From: an uncultured bacterium
GTDB lineage: Bacteria; Auribacterota; Erginobacteria; Erginobacterales; CAZKCI01
Assembly: GCA_964551475.1 (NCBI GenBank)
Contig: CAZKCI010000034.1
Coordinates: forward strand, 9,326 to 41,325
Direction: 5' to 3'
DNA length: 32,000 bases
The position numbers and the translations under genes were made by a program. Under the pieces are notes generated by a model. The model worked only from the letters and a program-made list of their open reading frames with translations, was not told where the DNA came from and made no database searches. Below are positions 1 through 8,211 of the stretch, in pieces; within the stretch, counting starts at the first letter, position 1, and each line of letters begins with the position of its first letter.

Positions 1-345
1 CGGCGCGGTCTGGATCGCCCGGAGCTCGAGGCCGCTCTCCTTGTGGAAGACGGCGAGAGCCTCCAGGTAGTCGCCCGGTTTTCCCCGGATCCCTCCCATC
101 CCCGCGGGGATACGGATCTCCACCGGGCCTTCGGGCTGGGTGATGATCAGACGGTCCGGTTGGACGCGGACGATCCGGGCGTCGATGTAGAAGGGGATCT
201 CCCGTCCGTCGCAGGCGTCGGGTTCGGCCAGGCACTGCCGGTAGTCGGGCCCCTCCGCTTCCCAGAGACGGACGGACCAGGAGAGTCCGATCACGGCGAG
301 AGCGATCAGTACGATCTTCAGGATGCGATGTCGGTCGGAAAACAC
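1..345 (-). CDS. Partial small membrane-anchored or exported hypothetical protein (3' end outside window)
   Basis: Open minus-strand frame from GTG at 345: VFSDRHRILKIVLIALAVIGLSWSVRLWEAEGPDYRQCLAEPDACDGREIPFYIDARIVRVQPDRLIITQPEGPVEIRIPAGMGGIRGKPGDYLEALAVFHKESGLELRAIQTAP. It has a hydrophobic N-terminal segment. Confidence 0.6.
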   Translation of the reverse strand, partial: MFSDRHRILKIVLIALAVIGLSWSVRLWEAEGPDYRQCLAEPDACDGREIPFYIDARIVRVQPDRLIITQPEGPVEIRIPAGMGGIRGKPGDYLEALAVFHKESGLELRAIQTAP

Positions 346-390
346 GGAAAGGAGATTAGAGCACAAATCTGATTTTGACAAGAATTTTAC

Positions 391-429
391 CAAATAATGC
401 CGTCGACTGGAGGCCATCGGCATTATTTG
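391..429. repeat. Perfect 12-bp inverted repeat CAAATAATGCCG-N15-CGGCATTATTTG in divergent intergenic region
   Basis: Arms 391-402 and 418-429, read directly. Confidence 0.85.
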
Positions 430-431
430 CT

Positions 432-462
432 ATTGACAAACAAGGTCAATCGACGTTAAAGT
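432..462 (+). promoter_or_regulatory. Candidate sigma70 promoter TTGACA(433-438)-N18-TAAAGT(457-462) overlapped by dyad ATTGAC-N7-GTCAAT (432-450)
   Basis: -35 matches consensus, -10 matches 4/6. The dyad lies across the -35 and spacer, about 40-70 bp upstream of the HTH gene. Confidence 0.45.
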
Positions 463-501
463 ACGCCAAGATACGTTCAACCGCTCTCCGGACGCAATTA
501 A

Positions 502-753
502 ATGGACCATCATTCTCCCGCACCGTCTCCCGGCAAGGATATCCTGACCGGTCCCGAGGTGGAGAGCCTCCTCCATGTCTCCCGCACCACTCTCTGGAAA
601 CTCAGGGAGAAAGATAAGCTTCCCTACACCAAGGTGGGGCGGAAATACCTCTATATCCGCGCGGAGGTGCTCGCCTGGCTCAAGGATCAAAGGGGAAGAG
701 GGTCGCAGCTGACCATCCCGCTGGAGTTTTCCATCGAAGGGGGGAAGAAATGA
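502..753 (+). CDS. Small helix-turn-helix (excisionase/MerR-like, HTH_17 type) DNA-binding protein
   Basis: ILTGPEVESLLHVSRTTLWKLREKDKLPYTKVGRKYLYIRAEVLAWLKDQ follows the winged-HTH excisionase-like pattern. Stop overlaps the next start (ATGA). Confidence 0.8.
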   Translation: MDHHSPAPSPGKDILTGPEVESLLHVSRTTLWKLREKDKLPYTKVGRKYLYIRAEVLAWLKDQRGRGSQLTIPLEFSIEGGKK

Positions 754-1874
754 TCCGCCCCGCCCGGGAGAGGCGCGAGGCCGTCCCGCCCTGGCGCCGC
801 GATCTGGACGAGCGGATCACCGACCGCGAGGAATTGAACCGGCGCCTCCGCCTGTCTCCGGAGGAGTGGGACGGCGCCTCTCCGGACGATGAAACTCCCT
901 TCGCCGTCACCCGCCATCTCCTCTCCCTGATCGATCCCGCCGACCCCGCCTGTCCCATCCGCCGCCAGTTCGTCCCCTCCGCCCGGGAGAGGACCACCTT
1001 TCCCTGCGCCCTCCCCGCCTTCGGGGACGAGGAGAAGGGAAAGATATTCCCCTGGCTTTTCCACCGCTATCCGGGACGGGCGGTGCTCTTCGCGGGCCCG
1101 GACTGCGCCGCCTACTGCCGCTTCTGCGCCTGGCGGCGATGGGGCGAGAGCCGCGGAGGAGGGATCAAGGGGGCGCGTCTCCGCCTGAGCTTGGATTATC
1201 TCCGCCGCCATTCCGAGATCACCGAGGTGATCCTTTCCGGGGGCGATCCCTTCCTCCTGGGCGACGAAGAACTCGGGGCTATGCTCTCCGCCCTGCGCTC
1301 GCTTCCCCGGATCGCGGTGATCCGGGCGGAGACGCGGATCCCGACCGTTCTCCCCCGGCGCGCGACGCCCGCCCTGGCCGCTCTCCTGCGCCGCCAGCAG
1401 CCGCTCTGGGTCGTCGTCCACGTCAATCACCCCCGGGAGGTCGGCGAGGACTTCGCCGCCGCCTGCGCTCTGCTCGCCGACGCGGGCGTTCCGCTCGCCG
1501 CCCAGACGGTCCTTCTGAAAGGCGTCAACGACGATCCCCAAGTCCTGAAAACCCTCTTCGACCGCCTGCTCGCCCTGAGGCTTCGCCCCTATGTTCTCTT
1601 TCACTGCCGCCCCGCGCCCGGTCTCAACCACTTCCAGACCACCATCCAGGCGGGGCTGAAGATCATGGAGTCCCTCCGCCGGCAGTCCTCCGGGCTCTCC
1701 GTGCCCGCCTACGTCGTCGACGCTCCGGGCGGCGGGGGCAAGATCCCGCTCGGCCCCAACTACATCCTCAACCTCGACCGGGCCAAGGTCCTGGTTCGCA
1801 CCCCCCACAACTCGCTCTACGAGCTCCCCCAGCCCCTGAGCGACTGGGACGCCCCCTCGCCGATCGCCACCTGA
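750..1874 (+). CDS. KamA family radical SAM protein (lysine 2,3-aminomutase-like)
   Basis: CxxxCxxC cluster motif CAAYCRFC; EVILSGGDPFLL; WVVVHVNHPREV; PLP-associated VDAPGGGGKIPLGPNY motif. Confidence 0.9.
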   Translation: MIRPARERREAVPPWRRDLDERITDREELNRRLRLSPEEWDGASPDDETPFAVTRHLLSLIDPADPACPIRRQFVPSARERTTFPCALPAFGDEEKGKIFPWLFHRYPGRAVLFAGPDCAAYCRFCAWRRWGESRGGGIKGARLRLSLDYLRRHSEITEVILSGGDPFLLGDEELGAMLSALRSLPRIAVIRAETRIPTVLPRRATPALAALLRRQQPLWVVVHVNHPREVGEDFAAACALLADAGVPLAAQTVLLKGVNDDPQVLKTLFDRLLALRLRPYVLFHCRPAPGLNHFQTTIQAGLKIMESLRRQSSGLSVPAYVVDAPGGGGKIPLGPNYILNLDRAKVLVRTPHNSLYELPQPLSDWDAPSPIAT

Positions 1875-1920
1875 TCCTGGTCGGCCGGGAGACGGACGCC
1901 TCCCGGCCGACCAGGATCAG
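1871..1920. repeat. Perfect 21-bp inverted repeat, 8-nt loop, overlapping the KamA stop codon
   Basis: CTGATCCTGGTCGGCCGGGAG-acggacgc-CTCCCGGCCGACCAGGATCAG. Confidence 0.9.
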
Positions 1921-1934
1921 AATAGCCCGACAGC

Positions 1935-3122
1935 ATGCGGATACTCTTTCTCACCTCCGATATTCCCTATCGCTCCATCCGGCACGGCGGCGGTGAGCTC
2001 AACTTCAACACCCTTCGCCAGCTCGCCCGCTCCCACGAGATCCATGTCCTCGCTTTTGTCCGCCCGGAGGAGGAGCGCTTTCTCGACGAGCTCCGGGATG
2101 TTTGCCGGGAGGTCCGCGCCGTGCCCGCCTGGCGGGGGACGCTGAGCCGTCTGCGCCGCCTGCCCCTTCTCCTCCGCCATCCCTACCCCGTGGTCGCCAC
2201 CGACTCGCTCCGGATGCGGCGGGAGCTTCGGAAACTCATCTCCGGCCAGCGTTTCGATCTCGTCCAGATCGACCATTTCCACATGGGTCAGTATCTCGCC
2301 GGCCTGCCCGCATCTCCCCCGCGCGCGCTTCTTTTCGAGGACATACCCAGCTCCATTCTCCGCCAGAGTGTCCGCATCGTCGGGGGGATTAAGAAGGGGC
2401 TGCTCCAGCGGGAATGGAACCTGAGCCGATACTGGGAGAAGAGATACGCCGCCGCCGCCGGCAACGTCTTTGTGCTTTCGCGCAAGGATCAGCGGGTGGT
2501 AGAATCCTGGGACGTGGGGGCGAGATGTTTCGTCCTCCCGCCGCTCTTCGGGGAAAGGTTTTTCGACGTCCCCCGGGGCGAGACGGAGGCGGGCAATGTC
2601 CTGTTCGTGGGAGCGATGCACCGCCCGGTGAACATCGACGCCGCCCTGCTTCTCCAGGAGTCGATCATGCCCCGGGTGAGACGGGAATGCCCGTCCGCGC
2701 GCGCCACGGTGGTCGGGCACCGTCCGCCCGAGCGCCTGCGCGCCGCCGCCGGACCGCAGTTCATCGTCACCGGGGGCGTGGAAAGCGTCGAGCCGTTTTT
2801 GGCCCGGGCCGCGGTCTTCGCGGCCCCCCTCCGGGTGGTCGGAGGGGTGATCGTGAAGATCCTGCAGGCGATGGCGGCGGGGAAGCCCGTGGTGACGAGC
2901 CGCCTGGCCAACGCCGGGATCGGCGCGGAAGAGGAGAAGGAGATTCTGGTCGCCGACCGTCCGGAGGAATTCGCCGGAAAGGTGATCGGACTCCTCCAGA
3001 ATCCCGATCGGGCGGCGGCGGTCGGCGCGGCGGGACGGCGCTTTGTTCGGGAGCGTTATGACCCCGAACGGGCGCGGCAACGAATCGACGAGATCTACGC
3101 GGCGGCGGCAGGCCAGCGATGA
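1935..3122 (+). CDS. Glycosyltransferase family 4
   Basis: MRILFLTSDIPYRSIRHGGGELNFNTLRQLARSHEIHVLAF; C-terminal FAAPLRVVGGVIVKILQAMAAGKPVVTSRLANAGI, typical of a GT-B/GT4 donor site. Confidence 0.85.
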   Translation: MRILFLTSDIPYRSIRHGGGELNFNTLRQLARSHEIHVLAFVRPEEERFLDELRDVCREVRAVPAWRGTLSRLRRLPLLLRHPYPVVATDSLRMRRELRKLISGQRFDLVQIDHFHMGQYLAGLPASPPRALLFEDIPSSILRQSVRIVGGIKKGLLQREWNLSRYWEKRYAAAAGNVFVLSRKDQRVVESWDVGARCFVLPPLFGERFFDVPRGETEAGNVLFVGAMHRPVNIDAALLLQESIMPRVRRECPSARATVVGHRPPERLRAAAGPQFIVTGGVESVEPFLARAAVFAAPLRVVGGVIVKILQAMAAGKPVVTSRLANAGIGAEEEKEILVADRPEEFAGKVIGLLQNPDRAAAVGAAGRRFVRERYDPERARQRIDEIYAAAAGQR

Positions 3123-3871
3123 AGAGCGCGGTTTCCCGAGCGGACAAAACGCTGATTCTCATTCCGGTCTTCAACGAATCCCGCTCTCTGGCGGGGCTGA
3201 TCGGCGCCATCCGCTCGCTCCATCCCGGCCTGGACGTGGTGGTGGTGGACGACGGCTCCCGCGACGGCTCCGCCGGGATTGCCCGGGCCCTCGGCTGTCT
3301 CGTTTTCTCCCATGCCTTCAATTTAGGCGACGGCGCCGCCCGCCAGACCGGTTTTCTCTATGCCCTTCGGGAAGGCTATGACTACGTCATTCATATCGAC
3401 GGCGACGGCCAGCACTCTCCCGCCGAGATCCAGCTCCTGCTCGACGAGCTCAGGAAGGGCGAGGCGGACATGGTGGTGGGGTCGCGCTTCCTCGGCTCCT
3501 GCACCTACCGCCTGTCCGCGCCGAAGCGGATCGGGATGAAGATCTTCAGCCTGATCTGTTCGGCGGTGATCCGCCAGAGGATCACCGACCCCACCTCGGG
3601 TTTCCGGGGGATGAACCGCCGGGCCCTCACCGTCTTCACCGACGGCTATTATCCCCAGCACTTTCCCGACGCCGACGTGATCATCTCCTCCCATTTCCAG
3701 GGGATCAGAATCCGGGAGATCCCGGTGACCATGTCCGCCTCGCAGTCCCGCGGCCTCCATCGGGGGATGACCATCCTCTACTACATCTACAAGATGCTTC
3801 TCTCCAGTCTTGTCTGCAGCCTGCGCCTGCGCTACCCCGCCGCCGAGGACGCGACCGACCGTGCCCTTTAA
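3119..3871 (+). CDS. Glycosyltransferase family 2 (DPM1/polyprenyl-phosphate sugar synthase-like)
   Basis: LILIPVFNESRSLAGLIGAIRSLHPGLDVVVVDDGSRDGS; YVIHIDGDGQHSPAEI; DPTSGFRGMNRR. ATGA overlap with the preceding gene. Confidence 0.9.
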   Translation: MKSAVSRADKTLILIPVFNESRSLAGLIGAIRSLHPGLDVVVVDDGSRDGSAGIARALGCLVFSHAFNLGDGAARQTGFLYALREGYDYVIHIDGDGQHSPAEIQLLLDELRKGEADMVVGSRFLGSCTYRLSAPKRIGMKIFSLICSAVIRQRITDPTSGFRGMNRRALTVFTDGYYPQHFPDADVIISSHFQGIRIREIPVTMSASQSRGLHRGMTILYYIYKMLLSSLVCSLRLRYPAAEDATDRAL

Positions 3872-4190
3872 ACAGAAACTCATCGCCGTCCTGATGGCCA
3901 TCGGCCTCCTCCTCTTCATCATCGAGGTGGTCCGCCGCCGCAAGCTCCGCGAGGAATACGCCTGGCTCTGGATCCTGGTCGGCGTGAGCGTCCTGCTCCT
4001 CTCCCTCTGGGAGAGCCTGCTCAATTCCCTGACCCGCTTCATGGGGATCCAGCTTCCCGCCAACACCGTCTTCTACTTCGGCTTGATGTTCATGATCTTC
4101 ATCAACCTCCACTTCTCGGTCAAGATCTCGCTCCTGACCAACCAGGTCAAGCGCCTGACCCAGGAGCTTGCGTTGGCCAAGAAGAAATGA
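3861..4190 (+). CDS. DUF2304-like small membrane protein
   Basis: VPFKQKLIAVLMAIGLLLFIIEVVRRRKLREEYAWLWILVGVSVLLLSLWESLLNSLTRFMGIQLPANTVFYFGLMFMIFINLHFSVKISLLTNQVKRLTQELAL. GTG start at 3861 is preferred over the upstream ATG at 3810. Confidence 0.8.
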   Translation: MPFKQKLIAVLMAIGLLLFIIEVVRRRKLREEYAWLWILVGVSVLLLSLWESLLNSLTRFMGIQLPANTVFYFGLMFMIFINLHFSVKISLLTNQVKRLTQELALAKKK

Positions 4191-4195
4191 CACGA

Positions 4196-4313
4196 AGATG
4201 GGCTAGGGCTAGGTTATTGGTCTGGTGTGTGGGCAAAGACAGTGGTGCGGCCGGCCGTCACCACAGACCTGACCCTTGCCCAAACCATTGACCTAACCCT
4301 TGTCCAGTTGTCT
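4196..4313. repeat. Imperfect long palindrome (copy 1) centred on GGCCGGCC (4249-4256)
   Basis: Outer arm AGGGCTAGGTTATTGGTCTGG pairs with CCAAACCATTGACCTAACCCT (17/21). Similar to the element at 8068-8188. Confidence 0.65.
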
Positions 4314-4316
4314 ATC

Positions 4317-5312
4317 GTGGTTCAGACCGCATTCATCGTCCCCCATTGGAACAACTATCCGCTCCTCTCCCGCTGTCTCGTGGCCGTCTGCGCGCAAACC
4401 GAGAAGGATTTTTCCGTCCTGGTCGTGGACAACGGATCGACTGACGGCTCCCCCCTCCTGGTCGCCCGCGATTTCCCTTCCGTTCGGCTGATCCGCCTCA
4501 AGGAAAACCTCGGCTTCGCCGCCGCCGTCAACCGGGGGATCGCGGCCTCCCGGTCGGAGTATCTCGCTTTCGTCAACAACGACGTCCGCCTCGCGCCGGA
4601 CTGGCTGGAGAAGATGCTGGGGGGGATCAGAAGCGATCTCTCTCTCGGCGCCGTCGCCGGAAAACTCCTGTTCGATTCAGCCCCCCCCGACCGGATCGCC
4701 TCCGCCGGGAGCATCATCCTGAAAAGCGGTTTCGGACGCGATCGGGGATGCGGGGAGGAGGACCGGGGTCAGTTCGACCGGCGGGAGGAGATCTTCTGGG
4801 CGAGCGGGGGGGCCTGCCTCATCCCCCGGCGCCTTTTTGCCGACATCGGCCTCTGGGACGAGACCTTCTTCGCCTACTTCGAGGACATCGATCTCGGCCT
4901 GCGCGCCCGCCTGCGCGGATACCGCTGCCTCTATCTCCCGGCCGCGGTCGGCCGTCACGTGGGGGGGGCGACCGGCGACGGCGTCCCCCGCCTGGGCGCG
5001 GCACTGCGCTTCCGCAACGCCTTCATGGTCGCGCTCAAGAATTTCCCCGGGCCGGTTCTCCGCCGCCACCTGGTCTATGTGCTTTTCTCCCACCTGCGCG
5101 CTCTCGTCTACCTCGCGGCGAAGGGCTATGGGCGCGAGGCCTGGCGGGGCGAGATCTATCTGGCGCGGAATCTGAGGCGGATCATGGCCGAACGGCGGAG
5201 GATACAGAAGGCGCGGACGGTCCCGGTCTCGGCGATCGCGGGGATCCTGAGCTCCGAGGACTTCTCGGCCGCGGCCCTGCGCGGCTGGTTCTCCGGCCTG
5301 GCCCGGAAATGA
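4317..5312 (+). CDS. Glycosyltransferase family 2 (rhamnosyltransferase-like)
   Basis: VVQTAFIVPHWNNYPLLSRCLVAVCAQTEKDFSVLVVDNGSTDGS; FVNNDVRLAPDWLEKM; FFAYFEDIDLGLRARLRGYRC. The N-terminal extension of ORF 4227 reads through the palindrome, so GTG 4317 is the likelier start. Confidence 0.85.
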   Translation: MVQTAFIVPHWNNYPLLSRCLVAVCAQTEKDFSVLVVDNGSTDGSPLLVARDFPSVRLIRLKENLGFAAAVNRGIAASRSEYLAFVNNDVRLAPDWLEKMLGGIRSDLSLGAVAGKLLFDSAPPDRIASAGSIILKSGFGRDRGCGEEDRGQFDRREEIFWASGGACLIPRRLFADIGLWDETFFAYFEDIDLGLRARLRGYRCLYLPAAVGRHVGGATGDGVPRLGAALRFRNAFMVALKNFPGPVLRRHLVYVLFSHLRALVYLAAKGYGREAWRGEIYLARNLRRIMAERRRIQKARTVPVSAIAGILSSEDFSAAALRGWFSGLARK

Positions 5313-5327
5313 TTTGAACCACGATTG

Positions 5328-5358
5328 CGCGAATTCAAGTAGCCGGGCTCAATTCGCG
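5328..5358. repeat. 8-bp inverted repeat CGCGAATT-N15-AATTCGCG followed by short AATTCGCG-type direct repeats
   Basis: Read directly; continues as AATTCGCGTAATTCGCGGAATTCGTAG. Confidence 0.6.
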
Positions 5359-5391
5359 TAATTCGCGGAATTCGTAGTTGAATGTTTTTAG

Positions 5392-5415
5392 CCGCGATGC
5401 CCGATCGGGTTTTTT
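5392..5415 (+). terminator. Possible intrinsic terminator or attenuator between two GT2 genes
   Basis: CC[G]CGAT-GCCCG-ATCGGG followed by T6. Short stem with one bulge. Confidence 0.4.
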
Positions 5416-5435
5416 GGTAGTATCCATTCTTCGCC

Positions 5436-6338
5436 ATGAAAACGTCGATCTTTGTCGTCATCCTCTCCTGGAACGGGCGCTCTGACAGCCTCTCCTGCCT
5501 CGCCTCCCTGGCGAAGGTTTCCTCCCCGCCCTTCCGGATCATCCTGGTCGACAACGGCTCCTCCGACGGGACGGCCGCGGCGGTTCGGGAAAAATATCCC
5601 GCGGTGGAGGTGATCGCCACCGGGGAGAACCTCGGTTTCCCCGGCGGCAACAACGTGGGGATCCGGCGGGCGCTCGCAGGCCGGGCGGACTATATCTGCC
5701 TCCTCAACAACGACACCGAGGTCGACCCCGCTTTCCTGGGGGAATTCCTGGCCGCCGCGAACCGCTTTCCGCACGGCGGGATCTTCGGCGCCCGTGTCTG
5801 TTATCTGGAGCGGCCGAAGATCGTCTGGAGCCAGGGGATCGCGGTCAACCGCCTCACCGGCCGCGTCCTCACCCGGCATTTCAATGCCCCGGAGGATGCC
5901 GTCCCGGCCGAGACGACGGAGGCGCGGGCGGTCAGCGCCGCCTGCATGTTCGTCCGGCGCGAGGTTTTCGAGAAGGCCGGCCTGATGGACGAGCGCTACT
6001 TCCTCTGCTACGAGGACGTCGATCTCTGCCTGCGCGCCGCCGCCGCCGGCTTCACGATCCATGCCGTTCCCGCCGCCCGGGTTCGGCACCGGGTGAGCGC
6101 TTCGATGGGAGGGGAGGGTTCGGCGACGATCATCTACTACTCCACCCGCAACCAGCTTCTCCTGGCCCGGGAGCGCCTCCCCCTGCCGCTGCCCCTGCGC
6201 GCGCCGCGGAGTCTTCTGATCGCCCTCTACAATCTCCTCTTCGCGTTGGTCACCACGCGCACGCCGGCCCGTCTCGGATTGCCCACCTGGTGGCGGGGCG
6301 TGCGGAATTATCTGTCGGGGCGTTTCGGCCGGAGGTAG
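5436..6338 (+). CDS. Glycosyltransferase family 2
   Basis: MKTSIFVVILSWNGRSDSLSCLASL; FRIILVDNGSSDGT; YICLLNNDTEVDPAFL; FLCYEDVDLCLRAAAAG. Confidence 0.9.
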   Translation: MKTSIFVVILSWNGRSDSLSCLASLAKVSSPPFRIILVDNGSSDGTAAAVREKYPAVEVIATGENLGFPGGNNVGIRRALAGRADYICLLNNDTEVDPAFLGEFLAAANRFPHGGIFGARVCYLERPKIVWSQGIAVNRLTGRVLTRHFNAPEDAVPAETTEARAVSAACMFVRREVFEKAGLMDERYFLCYEDVDLCLRAAAAGFTIHAVPAARVRHRVSASMGGEGSATIIYYSTRNQLLLARERLPLPLPLRAPRSLLIALYNLLFALVTTRTPARLGLPTWWRGVRNYLSGRFGRR

Positions 6339-6408
6339 GGGGAGGGTTTCCTTCCCCGGGCTTCATTCTTCGCGCCGATTGTGCTATTTTCCCCCCATGG
6401 AGGTGGCT

Positions 6409-8061
6409 ATGAAACGTCTTCCGCTCGTCCTGCTCTTGGCCTTGGTCGGCTACTCGCTCCCTTTCTTCCTGAGCGATGAACTGATCTCACCCGACGACGC
6501 GGTCTTCGCGGTCTTCTCCGGCAATCTGGCCCGGACCGGCAGCCTCGCCTATCGGTCGGAGGGAGATGCGGTCTTCGGGATCCCGGGGTTTGTCCCCCGC
6601 TATTTCGTTTACAGCAGGAACCCGGATCGTCCCGCGGACACCTTCCCGCGCAAGTTTCCCGGCTTCATTTTTCTCTGGGGCGGCCTCCGGGCCTTCTCGC
6701 CCTGGCTGGTCGCCCGCCTGATCAACCCCTTGCTGGCGGTGATCGCGCTTCTCCTCCTCTTCGCGATCGGCCGCGTGGCCTTCCCCGGAGGGAAGGAGGC
6801 GCTCTGGGGGACGATCATCCTCGCCGTCAATCCCCTCTTCATCCACCGCGCCTACATGTATAACGCCACCCTCGGCAACCTCGTCTTCTTCCTGGCCTCC
6901 CTCCTTTTTCTCCTGCTCGCCCTGCGCCGAAGGTGTCTCTGGGCCTACCTGCTCTTCGGCGTTTCCGCCGGCGCTTTTCTCTGGTTCCGTCCGACTAACC
7001 CGGTCTATCTCGCCGCCTTCGCCTGCCTTGCCTTTTTTGAGCGGGACAAGATCAGGGGCCGCGCCCTTCTTCTCGCCCTCCTCGCCATCGTCGTCTTCGC
7101 GCTGGGGATACTGCTCTACAACAAGATCTGCTTCGGGAGCTATCTTTCGTTCAGCTACACCGTGACTGCGGTGTCGCCGGAGAAGGTGATGGGCGTGAAA
7201 CCGCCCCTCTCGATCGCCCAGATTGCCGACTATCTCCGCTTCCACCCTTCGATCTGGTTGCTGCACCTGAAGAACGCCCCCGTCTCCCTCTTCATCGCCT
7301 TTCCCCTCCTGCCGCTTGCCGTCCTGGGTTTCTTCCTCTTCCCCGCCGGAGAAGGGGGCAAGGGGTTTCGGAACTTCTATCTTTGCCAGATCCTGATCTC
7401 CATCGCCTTTTTCGCCAACTTCGGGACTTTCGGTTACGAAAAGGGCGAGTTCACGCTCCACTCCTCCTTCCTCCGCTATCTGACGCCGACGGTCGCCCTG
7501 CTTTCCCTCTTCGCCGCCCGGGCCCTCTCCCGGATCTCCTGGCCCTCCGTCCGTCCGCTCCGTGTCGCCTGCCTGTTCAGCCTCCTCATCGCCTTTCTCG
7601 CTCCCTCCGGCCAGATCGAGACGGTCCTCCAGTCTTCCTACTACCGCGCCTGCCGCGATTTTCTGCTCCGGGAAGTGCCGGCGGACTCCGTTCTCTTCTC
7701 CCACTACTGGGACAAGACGGTCTTCCCCGAACGGATGATTCACACCGGCGGATCGCATTTTCCCGGAGAGTCGTTCGAGGTCCCCCTCCGCCGCGTTCTG
7801 GAGAAGGGGAAGGCGGTCTTTACCACCTCCCATTTCAACGACGAGAAGATTCTCGCTTTTCTCCAGGAGAACTACTCCTGCCGGGAGGTCCGGGGGCCGA
7901 CGGAGATGACGCCCCTGGTCAAAATCGCCACCAGTTTCATGCCCCGGGAGATCTATCCGCTCATTCTCTACCGGGTGACCGGTCCGCTGCCGGTCGCGGA
8001 GACCGAAACCGCTCTTCCCTCCGAGGCCCCTCCGGCGTCGGTGTTGGAGGAAGACGAATAA
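6409..8061 (+). CDS. Polytopic membrane glycosyltransferase (GT39/ArnT-like, GT-C fold)
   Basis: Many hydrophobic helices; N-terminal DELISPDDAVFAVFSGNLARTG resembles the GT-C acidic first-loop motif. GGAGG Shine-Dalgarno sits before ATG 6409. Confidence 0.7.
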   Translation: MKRLPLVLLLALVGYSLPFFLSDELISPDDAVFAVFSGNLARTGSLAYRSEGDAVFGIPGFVPRYFVYSRNPDRPADTFPRKFPGFIFLWGGLRAFSPWLVARLINPLLAVIALLLLFAIGRVAFPGGKEALWGTIILAVNPLFIHRAYMYNATLGNLVFFLASLLFLLLALRRRCLWAYLLFGVSAGAFLWFRPTNPVYLAAFACLAFFERDKIRGRALLLALLAIVVFALGILLYNKICFGSYLSFSYTVTAVSPEKVMGVKPPLSIAQIADYLRFHPSIWLLHLKNAPVSLFIAFPLLPLAVLGFFLFPAGEGGKGFRNFYLCQILISIAFFANFGTFGYEKGEFTLHSSFLRYLTPTVALLSLFAARALSRISWPSVRPLRVACLFSLLIAFLAPSGQIETVLQSSYYRACRDFLLREVPADSVLFSHYWDKTVFPERMIHTGGSHFPGESFEVPLRRVLEKGKAVFTTSHFNDEKILAFLQENYSCREVRGPTEMTPLVKIATSFMPREIYPLILYRVTGPLPVAETETALPSEAPPASVLEEDE

Positions 8062-8067
8062 AGGGTA

Positions 8068-8188
8068 GATGGGTCAGGGTTAGGAAGTGGGACTGGTAAA
8101 TGGGAGAGGGTTGGGTGGCGGCTGGCCGGCCAGGCCAAACCATTAACCTTACCCATCGACCGAACCCACTTCTTAACCCCAACCCATC
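8068..8188. repeat. Imperfect long palindrome (copy 2) centred on CTGGCCGGCCAG (8122-8133)
   Basis: Outer 37-nt arms GATGGGTCAGGGTTAGGAAGTGGGACTGGTAAATGGG / reverse complement GATGGGTTGGGGTTAAGAAGTGGGTTCGGTCGATGGG match 29/37. Confidence 0.75.
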
Positions 8189-8211
8189 AACTGGTTTCAA
8201 GGGTCACTGGC

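Noticed and set aside
687-1808. Long ORF on the other strand of the KamA-like gene
   Set aside because: No motifs; the sense frame has CAAYCRFC and DAPGGGGKIP.
4227-4316. N-terminal extension MWAKTVVRPAVTTDLTLAQTIDLTLVQLSI of the GT2 protein
   Set aside because: It reads through the palindromic element. The conserved GT2 start (VVQTAFIVPHWNN) fits GTG 4317 better.
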